This document shows positions 1 through 8,694 of a stretch of DNA of 53,664 bases, piece by piece. Every line of letters begins with the position of its first letter. Position 1 is the first letter of the stretch. Below the pieces are notes generated by a model. That model searched no databases. It had not been told where the DNA came from and worked only from the letters and a program-made list of their open reading frames with translations. A program made the position numbers and the translations under genes. The DNA lies in NCBI GenBank assembly GCA_025935615.1, contig JAICUY010000003.1:1-53664 (forward strand), given 5' to 3'. The stretch is from Steroidobacteraceae bacterium (GTDB lineage Bacteria > Chloroflexota > Limnocylindria > QHBO01).

Positions 1-730
1 GCAGCCCGTGGGCGCGGATCAGGGGGCGCGGCTGGCCGCCAAGCGCAGGCGTCACCACGAACGGCACGAGCGTGTCCCCCGGCCCGTTCGACAGCGGCAC
101 GTAGCTGATCTCCTCGCCGGACGGCAGCCAGGCAGGAACGTCCCCGGTGGCGACCTGCGTCGCCTCGCCCGACTTCACGTCCAGGACCCAGATCCGCGCC
201 GGCTCGCCGCGCGTGTCGGTCGTCAGAACGGAGTCCTGGAACAGGAGCGCGCGCGAGTCCGGCGACCAGCTGATGCTCTCGCCGGCGTCGAAGAGCGGCC
301 GTTGGCGCGAGCCGTCGGCGCGCACCACCCACAGCTGCGGCCGCTCGCCGGAGCCGATGGGACGAGGCAGGAACGCGATCATCCTCTTGTCGGGCGACCA
401 CAGCGGCCGGACAACAGGAATCCGCGTGCCGGCATCCAGGCCGCTCACCTGGCGCACCGATCCGTCGGGATCGACCACGAACACCTGCCCGACGCCATCG
501 ACCTCGCGAACCATCGCCAGCCCGGCGGCGACCGCGACCGAAGGCGTGGGTTCGGCGATCGGGGCGTCAGTGGGTGTCGCGTCTGCCGGCGAGGCGCTCG
601 GCGTGGTGGATGGCGACGGGCTCAACGAGCTGCTGCCTGGCGCGGAGAAGCGGGCGCAGCCGGTCAGCAGCGCGATGAGCAGTACCAGGCTCGGAATCGG
701 GTGGGCGTGGAATCGGCTCGAACCGTGCAC
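1..730 (-). CDS. PD40/TolB-like beta-propeller lipoprotein (3' end runs off the window start)
   Basis: Not in the ORF track because there is no stop in the window. My minus-strand translation from GTG at 730-728 gives VHGSSRFHAHPIPSLVLLIALLTGC (lipobox LLTGC), then WSPDKRMIAF and WSPDSRALLF (PD40-type repeats). GAGG lies 7-10 nt upstream. Third codon positions are G/C-rich. Confidence 0.55.
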   Translation of the reverse strand, partial: MHGSSRFHAHPIPSLVLLIALLTGCARFSAPGSSSLSPSPSTTPSASPADATPTDAPIAEPTPSVAVAAGLAMVREVDGVGQVFVVDPDGSVRQVSGLDAGTRIPVVRPLWSPDKRMIAFLPRPIGSGERPQLWVVRADGSRQRPLFDAGESISWSPDSRALLFQDSVLTTDTRGEPARIWVLDVKSGEATQVATGDVPAWLPSGEEISYVPLSNGPGDTLVPFVVTPALGGQPRPLIRAHGL

Positions 731-796
731 GCTGTGCCTCGCTCGGAGTGAGGTCGGCGCAGTGTAGCCGCTCGCCCCAGCCCTGCCTAGACCGAT

Positions 797-2371
797 TCAG
801 CGGCGGCCGAACAGCCTCCTCACGATGGCAACGGCGGCGGCGATCACGGCGACCGCGCCGCCGAGCACCACCGCGGCCTGGATGGGGTAGAACGGCACGC
901 GCCTCGGCTCCGGCGGTCGATCCCCCGCCACCGCACCGACGCGCCGAATGCGCCACACCGATCCGGTTTCCTGCTTCATCCGGATCCCGCCCTTCTCGGG
1001 CGCAATCTTGATCTCGCCGAAGTCGGTCACGTACAGCGCGCCGTCAGGCCCGAAGACGCAGTTCGACGGACGCTCAAAGCCGCCGTGGAACAGCTTCGAC
1101 GCCGGTCCCTGGGTGCGGTTGACGGCGAAATCGGTGATGGCGCCCGAATCCGGGTCGAGGTGCACGACCTTGAAGCCGGCCGGCACCACCTGGCGCGGTG
1201 TCGTCACCGGAGCGAGGTCGCCGAAAAGGGCGACGAAGGCATGGCCGACGAAGCCGAAGGACGTATCGGTCGAGAAGGCGAAGCCGTTGGCTGCGGCGTG
1301 CGGTTCGAAGCTGGCGACGGGTTTGGGCGGGTTGGGATCCGGGAACTCGGCGAGCACCGGCTCCCGCCCGGTGCCGCCCTCGCCCCAGTGCGGATCGTCG
1401 AGGCGAATGCCGGAGGCGAAATCGGGCCACCCGTACCAGGCGCCGTCGCGGATCTCGTAGAAGTCGTCGGGATCACCGATGATCCAGCGCGCGCCTCGCT
1501 CGTCCGACCCATGCTCGGTCACGAACAGACGTCCGTCCGGGTGGAAGCAGATGCCGTACGGGTTGCGCAGGCCCCAGGCCACCAGCCGCAGGTCGCTGCC
1601 GTCGAGGTTGCAGGACAGGACCGCGCCGCTGGCTTTCACCTCGCCGGGAATACGCTGGCCGGCTTCGGTGGTCACTCCGAAGGCCGCGTATGCGCCGGTC
1701 GTCACGCTCTGCAGCGGATTGGCGAGCACGTTCGGCCCGGTGTAGGTGCGCCCGGCGAGCGTGATGTCGCCTCCGGGAACGTCGTGCAGCTGCGGGAAGG
1801 AGGCCAGCCATTCGTAGCCGAAATTGTCCGCGCCGACCACACCCATGTTGGTGACGCTTCCCTGACCCCAGTACAGGCGACCATCTGGCCCGATGACCGG
1901 TTGATTCGTTTGGTGATCGCCATGTCCGGGCAGGCCGCTGACCACCTCACTGATGGCGCCGCTGGCAATGTCGACGCGCAGGATCGCATCGGTATTGCTG
2001 ACCAGCAGGGCGCCGTCATGCCAGACCGATCCGGTGGCCGCACCGGTCGGCGTCGCCCAGGCGGATAGATCGACGACCAGATCGGAGGCGCCGCTCGCCG
2101 GGTCGAGCCGGAAGACCCGCGGTGGCGTGTCGCTCTTGTGGCCCGATTCGGTGACGTACAGCTCGCCCTGCGGACCGAACGCGGCATGGACCGGGGCGGT
2201 GAAGCCGCCGGCGACCAGTTCGGCAACGTAGCCTTCGGGCAGCAGGATGTCGTTCGGCTCGTAACGCCGCGTCCCGCGCCGAGAGATGTGCAGCCGTTTC
2301 ACGAGGGGCTGCAGCGGCGCATAGATGATCGCCAGCAGCGACGGCAGGTCGACGCGAATCCGGCGCAGCAT
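797..2371 (-). CDS. Soluble glucose/sorbosone dehydrogenase-like beta-propeller protein with C-terminal hydrophobic anchor
   Basis: Last 524 codons of ORF 797..3361, starting at ATG 2371-2369 (MLRRIRVDLPS). Motifs LLPEGYVAELVAGGFTAPVHAAFGPQGELYVTE, GLRNPYGICFHPDGRLFVTEHG and WYGWPDF. Hydrophobic tail AAVVLGGAVAVIAAAVAIV. The start overlaps the upstream MFS stop as ATGA. The 854-aa reading upstream is Arg/Gly-rich and overlaps the MFS gene. Confidence 0.7.
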   Translation of the reverse strand: MLRRIRVDLPSLLAIIYAPLQPLVKRLHISRRGTRRYEPNDILLPEGYVAELVAGGFTAPVHAAFGPQGELYVTESGHKSDTPPRVFRLDPASGASDLVVDLSAWATPTGAATGSVWHDGALLVSNTDAILRVDIASGAISEVVSGLPGHGDHQTNQPVIGPDGRLYWGQGSVTNMGVVGADNFGYEWLASFPQLHDVPGGDITLAGRTYTGPNVLANPLQSVTTGAYAAFGVTTEAGQRIPGEVKASGAVLSCNLDGSDLRLVAWGLRNPYGICFHPDGRLFVTEHGSDERGARWIIGDPDDFYEIRDGAWYGWPDFASGIRLDDPHWGEGGTGREPVLAEFPDPNPPKPVASFEPHAAANGFAFSTDTSFGFVGHAFVALFGDLAPVTTPRQVVPAGFKVVHLDPDSGAITDFAVNRTQGPASKLFHGGFERPSNCVFGPDGALYVTDFGEIKIAPEKGGIRMKQETGSVWRIRRVGAVAGDRPPEPRRVPFYPIQAAVVLGGAVAVIAAAVAIVRRLFGRR

Positions 2372-3567
2372 CAGGCCACGGCCCCCGCACGGCTGGTCGC
2401 GGGTCCGGCCTCGACGCGCGCCGCGCGCCAGCCGACGATCCCGCCTATGCACGACGCGACCGCCGCGAGCATGAACGTCGCGGTGAAGCCGATTCCGGGC
2501 AGCAGGCGCTCGCCGGCGTCGATCAGGAGACCGGCGAGGCCGGCCGCTGCCGCGGCTCCGGCCGTGCCCCAGTTGGCGAGCCCCAGCAGCCGACCGGCAT
2601 GGCGCGCCGGTGTCAGGTCCGTCATCGTCGCCCAGCTCGCGGAGCTGAATGAGGCCGAGCCGATGGCCACCAGCGCCCCCGCGCCGAGCAGGACACCGAG
2701 CCCGGCGGCGAGGGGCACCAGCGCGATGCCGGTCGCTGCCACGAGGCCGCCCGCCAGCTGCATAGGCCCATGACCGATGCGATCCGCCAACCATCCCGCC
2801 GGCGGCGATGCCGCGACCGTGATCAGGGTCAGGACCGCCAGTACGAGGCCGCCTTGCGCCGCAGCATCGTCGGCGTTGAGGTGCTGGCCTTCGGCGATGA
2901 AGAGCACCAGGAAGCGGCCCAGAACGTAGATGCCGAGCAGGAAGGCGAAACGGGCAGCGACGATGGAGCCGAGCGGACGGCTCCAACCCCCGGTCCCATC
3001 CGACCCATCTGTCATCGAGATGCGTGGAGTGGCACGCAGCAGCACGACGGCGACCGCGAATCCCCCCGCCAGCAGGAGCCCCAGCGCCCCGACGGCGAAG
3101 CCGACCTGGCCCGCGCCGAGAAGTGCGCCGAGCAGGAGAAAGCCGACGAATGCCCCGCCGACGTCGCAGGCGGTCTTCCAGCCGGCGGCGCGTCCTCGCC
3201 ACCCCGATGGGATGCGATCGGGCACCAGCGGCTGGTGCCCGGCCTGGGCCACGCTGGTGCCGACGAGTGCGACCAACGCACCACGGACGAGGCCACCTGG
3301 GGTGACCAACAGGACGAATCCGGCGCCCGCCAGCGCGACGCCTGCCGCGATCACGGGCCACCGGCCGATGCGGTCACTGACCGAGCCCGCGATCGGCTGC
3401 GCCAGCGCCGCGAGCGCAAGCGCTGCCAGGGTGATCAGGCCGAGTCGGGTCGCATCGGCCGCGCCTGCCTGCAGCAGCTGGTGGGGCAGAAGCAGCGACG
3501 GCACGCCGTCGCCGACCACGCTGAGCCCGATCCAGCCCACGCTAACGCCGGCAATCGTCCGCTTCAT
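2371..3567 (-). CDS. MFS transporter
   Basis: ORF 2371..3567 with ATG start. Multiple Gly/Ala/Leu-rich hydrophobic segments. MFS motif-A-like loop GSVSDRIGRWPV. Confidence 0.8.
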   Translation of the reverse strand: MKRTIAGVSVGWIGLSVVGDGVPSLLLPHQLLQAGAADATRLGLITLAALALAALAQPIAGSVSDRIGRWPVIAAGVALAGAGFVLLVTPGGLVRGALVALVGTSVAQAGHQPLVPDRIPSGWRGRAAGWKTACDVGGAFVGFLLLGALLGAGQVGFAVGALGLLLAGGFAVAVVLLRATPRISMTDGSDGTGGWSRPLGSIVAARFAFLLGIYVLGRFLVLFIAEGQHLNADDAAAQGGLVLAVLTLITVAASPPAGWLADRIGHGPMQLAGGLVAATGIALVPLAAGLGVLLGAGALVAIGSASFSSASWATMTDLTPARHAGRLLGLANWGTAGAAAAAGLAGLLIDAGERLLPGIGFTATFMLAAVASCIGGIVGWRAARVEAGPATSRAGAVA

Positions 3568-3607
3568 GGCGGGCGTCCGCTGCCGGGCGCCTGTTGACCG
3601 GCTCGGC

Positions 3608-3769
3608 TCAGCTCTTTTGCTTCTTGGTCTCGCCGTGCTCGCGTCGCTCCTTGTTCACCGTGCGAGCGGCACGCTCCTCCGCCTCGTCCGTGGACACGCC
3701 ACGATCCTTGTACGACTCCTTGATGTGCTCGTACTGACGCTCACGCTTCTTGCTCGATCCGGCTGGCAT
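3608..3769 (-). CDS. Small basic hydrophilic protein (family often annotated 'plasmid stabilization protein' in actinobacteria)
   Basis: Internal ATG at 3769 of ORF 3608..3901, with AGGAG just upstream. Sequence MPAGSSKKRERQYEHIKESYKDRGVSTDEAEERAARTVNKERREHGETKKQKS. Family recognition is from memory. Confidence 0.6.
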   Translation of the reverse strand: MPAGSSKKRERQYEHIKESYKDRGVSTDEAEERAARTVNKERREHGETKKQKS

Positions 3770-3828
3770 GACTCGCTCCTGTGGCAACGAACGGCAGTCC
3801 GCTGATGCAGCCCGTGTGCCGAACCAGC

Positions 3829-6033
3829 TCAGGCGTCGATCAGCCCCAGACCGATACGTCCCGCTCGCGCAAGCCGGCCAGGCACATGTTCGACGAGCCA
3901 CTCGAACGCCCGGTCGCCGATGCTCGGATCGGTGCTATCCGGCGGCGCGGCGTTGACCACCAGCAACGTTCCGGATTGGTCGATGACCTCGTGGTCGGCC
4001 GATCCGTCCTCGTTGCGACTGAATCGCAGCGACACCCGCGCGTCGCCGACACAGAGGTCGCGCACCACCAGCGACGGCAGCCAGGCAGGAAGCATCGGTC
4101 GCACGAGCGCGAGCAGGTGTGCGGGCGCAAACGGATAGATCCCGAGCATGACCTGGACGAGCTGGATGGTTGCGCTGGCGCTCCATGCCTGCGGAACATT
4201 GGACTTCGGGTAGGCCGATGGAAACGGCGCTACGTCGCGAGCCTGGCCTCCGAGCGCTTCCGCCAACCGGCTCTCGATGAAGCAGTCGGCCGCTTCGAGC
4301 ATGGCGGTGGCGAGCCGCGCCGCGTGCTCATCGAGCCCATATCGCTTGAATCCGAGGGCGAAGGTGGCATTTTCGACCGGCCACACCGTTCCGAGGTGAT
4401 AGGCCCACGGGTTGAACGACGGATGCGCGGTCGACAGCGTCCGGACACCCCAGCCGCTGAACATGTCGTCGGACATCAGCCGATCGGCGACGCGTTCTGC
4501 GAGCTCCGAAGGCACGATTCCGGCGGCCAGGGCGTGTCCGGGATTCGAGGCGACCGTCGCCACGGGCTGCTTCGCCGCGTCGAGCGCCATGGCGTAGAAG
4601 CCGAGATCGTCGAGCCAGAAGGCCCGTTGAACGTCGTCACGCAACAGCCGCGCCTGGTCGAGGTAGCCCTCCGCCGCGCTGTCGTCGTCGAGCGCGACGC
4701 AGATTTCGGCCATCCGCACCAGAGCGATGAAGTGGAACGCCTGCTCCTCGATGGTCGCGATCGGGTCCTCGACGATCATGCCGTCCGGGTATCGGATCGC
4801 CTCGTCCGAGTCCTTCCAGCCGTGATTCTTCAGCCCCTGCGGCGACCGCTTGCGATATTCGAGGAACCGATCTCCGTCGAAGTCGCCGCTGTCACGCGCC
4901 CACGCCAGCGCGCGCTCGGCGACGGCGCGGTGGCGACGAAGCGCATCGGTATCGCCGGTCCAGTGCCACAGCTCGCTCAGGACCAGCGGAAACATCGCGG
5001 CGGTCGTCTCCGTGCCGTAGTACGCCGACTGCGGAATGATCTCGAGCTCGCTCAGCGGGCCGACCCGCATCTCGTGGACGAGCTTGCCCGGCTCGGCATC
5101 GCGCCACGGGTCGTCGGTCGTGGCCTGGGTTCGGGCGATGGCGGACAGCCCGCCGCGCATGATCTGCGGCCAGGCCATGGCCGACTGCCAGCCGGCGGTG
5201 AGCAGGTCGCGGCCGAAGAGGCCGGTAAAGGTCGGCACGCCGGCGTTCGCCACCCAGCCCTCGTCATGTTCGAGGTCGCGGTTGCGCAGCGCGAACAGGT
5301 CGTGCGCCGCCTGCTCGAAGGCCGGCACGGCCGGGACCGATACGCGCGCCGGCTCCGCCTCGGGCTCGGCCGGGCCTCCCCACTTCCCGCGGAACAGCGA
5401 CGTGACGCCACAGGTTGCCGACCATGTCCCGCGAGCCGGGAGCCGCAGCTCGAAGAGCAGCCGCCTTCCCTCACAGCGCGGCACCGAGTCGGACCTCAGG
5501 ACACGGACCCTCGTCCCGCGCTCGTCGATGCGACCCTCGTGCTCGACGCGATACGTCCAGCTCAGCTGCCGCGCGCCGTCGTCCCACGCCATGTCGGTGG
5601 TGCCCCGCTGGCGTCGCTCCCCGCCCGCGATCTCCTGAACGTCGGCGAAGTCGGCGTCCAGCTCGAGCTCGAGCGACACGCCGCGCGGCGCCATGCTGTG
5701 GTTCTCGACCGAGATTCGCTCGACCATCCCTCCGCCAAGCCGCCGCTCGAGCTGGATCTCCAGGTCGTCCTGCGGCAGCATCGGGCCTTCGGGAGTCGGC
5801 CGGCCGGTATCAAGCCGCAGCGTTCCGAACCAGGTCTCGCCGTCGACGACCGTGCTTCCGATGCACTCCGGCATCGTGCCGTCGATGGTCAGCCGGTAGC
5901 GCGACAGCACGCGGCAGTCGTGGTCCAACACCCCGCAGCCGTCGTCGCCGCTGATCTGTCCGTCGGGATGCACGACCAGCACCGTGTAGTCGCGGTGCGC
6001 GATCTGATGCGGGTGTGTCGGATCGACCCTCAT
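3829..6033 (-). CDS. Glycogen debranching enzyme-like protein (amylo-alpha-1,6-glucosidase family)
   Basis: 734-aa ORF with motifs FTGLFGRDLLTAGWQ, PGKLVHEMR, GLKNHGWKDS and NVPQAWSA, typical of the bacterial GDE_N/GDE_C family. Confidence 0.8.
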   Translation of the reverse strand: MRVDPTHPHQIAHRDYTVLVVHPDGQISGDDGCGVLDHDCRVLSRYRLTIDGTMPECIGSTVVDGETWFGTLRLDTGRPTPEGPMLPQDDLEIQLERRLGGGMVERISVENHSMAPRGVSLELELDADFADVQEIAGGERRQRGTTDMAWDDGARQLSWTYRVEHEGRIDERGTRVRVLRSDSVPRCEGRRLLFELRLPARGTWSATCGVTSLFRGKWGGPAEPEAEPARVSVPAVPAFEQAAHDLFALRNRDLEHDEGWVANAGVPTFTGLFGRDLLTAGWQSAMAWPQIMRGGLSAIARTQATTDDPWRDAEPGKLVHEMRVGPLSELEIIPQSAYYGTETTAAMFPLVLSELWHWTGDTDALRRHRAVAERALAWARDSGDFDGDRFLEYRKRSPQGLKNHGWKDSDEAIRYPDGMIVEDPIATIEEQAFHFIALVRMAEICVALDDDSAAEGYLDQARLLRDDVQRAFWLDDLGFYAMALDAAKQPVATVASNPGHALAAGIVPSELAERVADRLMSDDMFSGWGVRTLSTAHPSFNPWAYHLGTVWPVENATFALGFKRYGLDEHAARLATAMLEAADCFIESRLAEALGGQARDVAPFPSAYPKSNVPQAWSASATIQLVQVMLGIYPFAPAHLLALVRPMLPAWLPSLVVRDLCVGDARVSLRFSRNEDGSADHEVIDQSGTLLVVNAAPPDSTDPSIGDRAFEWLVEHVPGRLARAGRIGLGLIDA

Positions 6034-6065
6034 CGGTCAAACCAAAGCATTCGAAGGACCAACCA

Positions 6066-7232
6066 CTACGAATGCTCCGCCCGCGTCGGGATGGCAACCG
6101 CTGCCAGGAAGGGCAGCGCCATGACGCAGCCGAACGCGAGGCCGTAGCCGAAGCCTGCGCCGCCGGCCGCCGTGATCACGAACGCCAGGGCCGGCGCCAC
6201 CGCCGTCGCGACCAGGTTCTGGAACGTGTTCTGGACACCGAGCGCGCGGCCGGCCCATCGGGGACCGGCGCGCTCGGCGACCGCGGTGAAGGCCAGGCCG
6301 TTGGGCGATACCGTCAGCACCGCAGCGAGGGCCACGGCGGCCACCGAGGCCGCCGAGCCGAGCATGGCAAGCACCGCCAGGAGCACCATCACTGCGCCGA
6401 TGGACACGGCCAGCCGGCGCATCGGTCCCAGGCGAGAGCGAACGCGGTCCGACCAGTAGCCCGCCGCCAGGCGTGTGCCGGCACCGGCCAGCTGGGTCAC
6501 CGCCAGCAGCAGGCCAGCCGGCCCGAGGGCCCAGCCGAGGGCGTTGACGAGATAGTCGAAGGCGAAGACCGCCACCGCGAACTGGGGAATGATCAGCAGG
6601 GCGCTCGCGACATGGATACGCCACAGGTACGGCGCGCGGTACGGCGAGCGACCACCGGCGCCGTCCGCGGAACCGAGCTGGCGCACGGGGTCGCGCACAA
6701 CGATCCCGATCAGCACGGCGCTCACCAGGCAGGCTCCCGCAAGCACCCCAAAGGCCAGCCCAAGACCGGCTCTCGCCAGCGACGGCAGGACCACGGCAGC
6801 ACCGGCGACCCCCAGCGGCTGGCCCATCTGGCGGATGCCCATCGCCAGGCCGCGCTCGGCACTGCCGAACCAGCCGAGGATCAGCCGGCCGCTGGCTGCG
6901 TGGATGGCCGCTCCGCTGGCGCCCGACAGGAAGAGACATAGCCAGCGCAGCACCGGATCGGGCACCTCGGCGGCGCCGTACAGCGCGGCCGCCTCACCGG
7001 CCAGACCGAGCGTCAGGACCAGCCGCTCGCCGAATCGGTCCGCCACCGCGCCCCAGGCGATGAGGGCCACGATCACTCCGACCACCGGCGCGATCACCAG
7101 CGTGGTCGCTTCCTGCAGGGAGTGGCCATCCGCACGCAGCGCGGGGATCAGGTATGCGAGGCCGTACTGCGAGGCGCAGCCGGCGATCAGCCCGAGCAGG
7201 CCAACGCTCAGAACCAGCCAGCGGCGTCTCAC
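6066..7232 (-). CDS. MFS transporter
   Basis: 388-aa ORF with GTG start overlapping the cyclase stop (GTGA). About 12 hydrophobic segments. Motif GAVADRFGERLV. Confidence 0.8.
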   Translation of the reverse strand: MRRRWLVLSVGLLGLIAGCASQYGLAYLIPALRADGHSLQEATTLVIAPVVGVIVALIAWGAVADRFGERLVLTLGLAGEAAALYGAAEVPDPVLRWLCLFLSGASGAAIHAASGRLILGWFGSAERGLAMGIRQMGQPLGVAGAAVVLPSLARAGLGLAFGVLAGACLVSAVLIGIVVRDPVRQLGSADGAGGRSPYRAPYLWRIHVASALLIIPQFAVAVFAFDYLVNALGWALGPAGLLLAVTQLAGAGTRLAAGYWSDRVRSRLGPMRRLAVSIGAVMVLLAVLAMLGSAASVAAVALAAVLTVSPNGLAFTAVAERAGPRWAGRALGVQNTFQNLVATAVAPALAFVITAAGGAGFGYGLAFGCVMALPFLAAVAIPTRAEHS

Positions 7233-8320
7233 ACGGCGGTGAGCGCGAGGACGTTGTGGGCAGGCACCGGTCGTGTCATGCCCTTCAGCGTCAGCTCGCC
7301 GACCTCCTCGACCTCGACCAGTCCCTCGACCATCGCGTAGGCGCGCTGCGTGAGGAGGATCTGGTTCGTGGCCGCGCTGCTGCTCAGGCGGCTGGCCATG
7401 ATCACCACGTTGCCGATGGCGCCATAGTCGTAGCGTCCTTCGAAGCCGATGCGGCCGAGGGTCGCGTAGCCGACCGCGATCCCGACACCGAGCCCCAGGT
7501 CATAGCCGCGCTTGCCCCATTCGACGGACAGCGGCTGGAATCGGTCGCGCACGGCCAAGGCCATGCGCACCGCGCGCTCGACGTGGTCCGGCTGCTGCAC
7601 CGGATCGTTGAAGAAGGTCATCACCCCGTCGCCGGCGAAGTGCTCGAGCGTGCCCTCGTGCTCGATGATCGCCTCACCGATGAGTCGGTGGTACGCGCCC
7701 AGCACGCCGAACAGCTCCTCCGGCTCGGCCTGCTCGGCGAAGGTGGTGAAGCCGCGCAGGTCGCAGAAGACGGCGGTGATCTGGCGCCGGTGCCCGCTCA
7801 GCAGCGCCTCCCCCTCGGCCGATGAGATGAGTGCCGAGATCTGCGGCGACAGGAACCGACTGAGCTCGGACTTCTGCCGCTGGATGGTCGCGTTCAGCTC
7901 GGTCTGACGGGCGAGGTACTCCTGCTCGAGGTCGTGCAGGCGTTTGGCGCCGAGCGAGGCGTTGATGCGGGCGCGCAGGATGCGCGGCTCGATCGGTTTG
8001 GTGAGGTAGTCAGTGGCGCCCAGTTCGATGCAGCGCACCACGCTCGCCAGCTCCTCGACCGCCGAGACGACGATCACCGGGATGTGGCGGATGACGTCGT
8101 CCTGCTTCATGGCGGCCAGCGTCTCGTAGCCGTCGAGCTCGGGCATCAGCACGTCGAGCAGGACGACGTCGATCTCGGTGGGGTGCGCCCGCAGCCGCTC
8201 AAGCGCATCCAAGCCGTTCTCTGCTTCCAGCACGTCGAGGCCCAGCGTCTCGAGCTGCTTGGCCAGCACCAGCCGGTTCACCCGGCTGTCGTCGACGACC
8301 AGGGCGATGCCGGCGCTCAC
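7229..8320 (-). CDS. Response-regulator receiver fused to class III adenylate/guanylate cyclase domain
   Basis: REC: LVVDDSRVNR ... VVLLDVLMPELDG ... DYLTKP. Cyclase: ITAVFCDLRGFTTF, HFAGDGVMTFF and YGAIGNVVIMASRL (both metal Asp and the Asn/Arg pair present). GTG start overlaps the Hpt stop (GTGA). Confidence 0.85.
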   Translation of the reverse strand: MSAGIALVVDDSRVNRLVLAKQLETLGLDVLEAENGLDALERLRAHPTEIDVVLLDVLMPELDGYETLAAMKQDDVIRHIPVIVVSAVEELASVVRCIELGATDYLTKPIEPRILRARINASLGAKRLHDLEQEYLARQTELNATIQRQKSELSRFLSPQISALISSAEGEALLSGHRRQITAVFCDLRGFTTFAEQAEPEELFGVLGAYHRLIGEAIIEHEGTLEHFAGDGVMTFFNDPVQQPDHVERAVRMALAVRDRFQPLSVEWGKRGYDLGLGVGIAVGYATLGRIGFEGRYDYGAIGNVVIMASRLSSSAATNQILLTQRAYAMVEGLVEVEEVGELTLKGMTRPVPAHNVLALTAV

Positions 8321-8694
8321 CCCGCGTGATCCTCGAGCCAGGCGCGGAGCTCCGCCTCCGCGGCTGCGAAATCCTGGCCGATGGCCTCCAGGTCGCCGGC
8401 CGTCTGCTGACCACCGATCTCGCCCGACCGCCCGGCCATCTCGAGGCTGCGGGCCCGCCCGGACAGCTGCATGGCGCCGACCGTGGCGCTGCTGGACTTG
8501 AGCGTGTGCGCCGGGCGCACGAGCGCGGCTGCGTCGCCCGATTGGCCGGCGGCCGCGATGTCGGCCAGGTGGACCGGCGCGTCGTCGAGATAGGTGCCGA
8601 TCAGCTCGGCGACGAATCCGGTGTCGCCGCCGACGGACGCTGCGAGCTCGTCGAGCACGCCGCTGTCGACGATCCGCGGATCAGGCTCGGGCAT
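8317..8694 (-). CDS. Hpt (histidine phosphotransfer) domain protein
   Basis: ORF 8317..8715 with Hpt signature [16 protein letters not shown] prefer the ATG at 8694 (MPEPDPRI) because GGAGG sits 6 nt upstream. Either start overlaps the kinase 3' end (stop at 8681-8683). Confidence 0.75.
   Translation of the reverse strand: MPEPDPRIVDSGVLDELAASVGGDTGFVAELIGTYLDDAPVHLADIAAAGQSGDAAALVRPAHTLKSSSATVGAMQLSGRARSLEMAGRSGEIGGQQTAGDLEAIGQDFAAAEAELRAWLEDHAG

Noticed and set aside
8-767. Plus-strand ORFs 8..751 and 147..767 at the window start
   Set aside because: Their composition is Arg/Ala/Gly-rich with no recognisable motifs. The opposite strand translates into a lipobox-bearing PD40-repeat protein with G/C-rich third positions, so these are antisense shadow ORFs.
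2372-3361. N-terminal 330 residues of the 854-aa ORF 797..3361
   Set aside because: It is Arg/Gly/Pro-rich and fully overlaps the well-formed MFS gene in another frame. A clean ATG at 2371 overlaps the MFS stop (ATGA) and begins the recognisable dehydrogenase sequence.
3781-6147. 788-aa plus-strand ORF opposite the glycogen-debranching gene. Similar long antisense ORFs are 10169..13597, 13643..14971, 15101..16447, 28823..31033, 23021..24139, 24221..25519, 35717..37174, 33276..34706, 18948..20507 and 50494..52554.
   Set aside because: Each lies antisense to a gene with strong family motifs. Their translations are dominated by R/A/G/D/L/V/H with no motifs. Long stop-free antisense frames are expected in DNA of about 70% GC. 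I see no independent start, SD or promoter signals.
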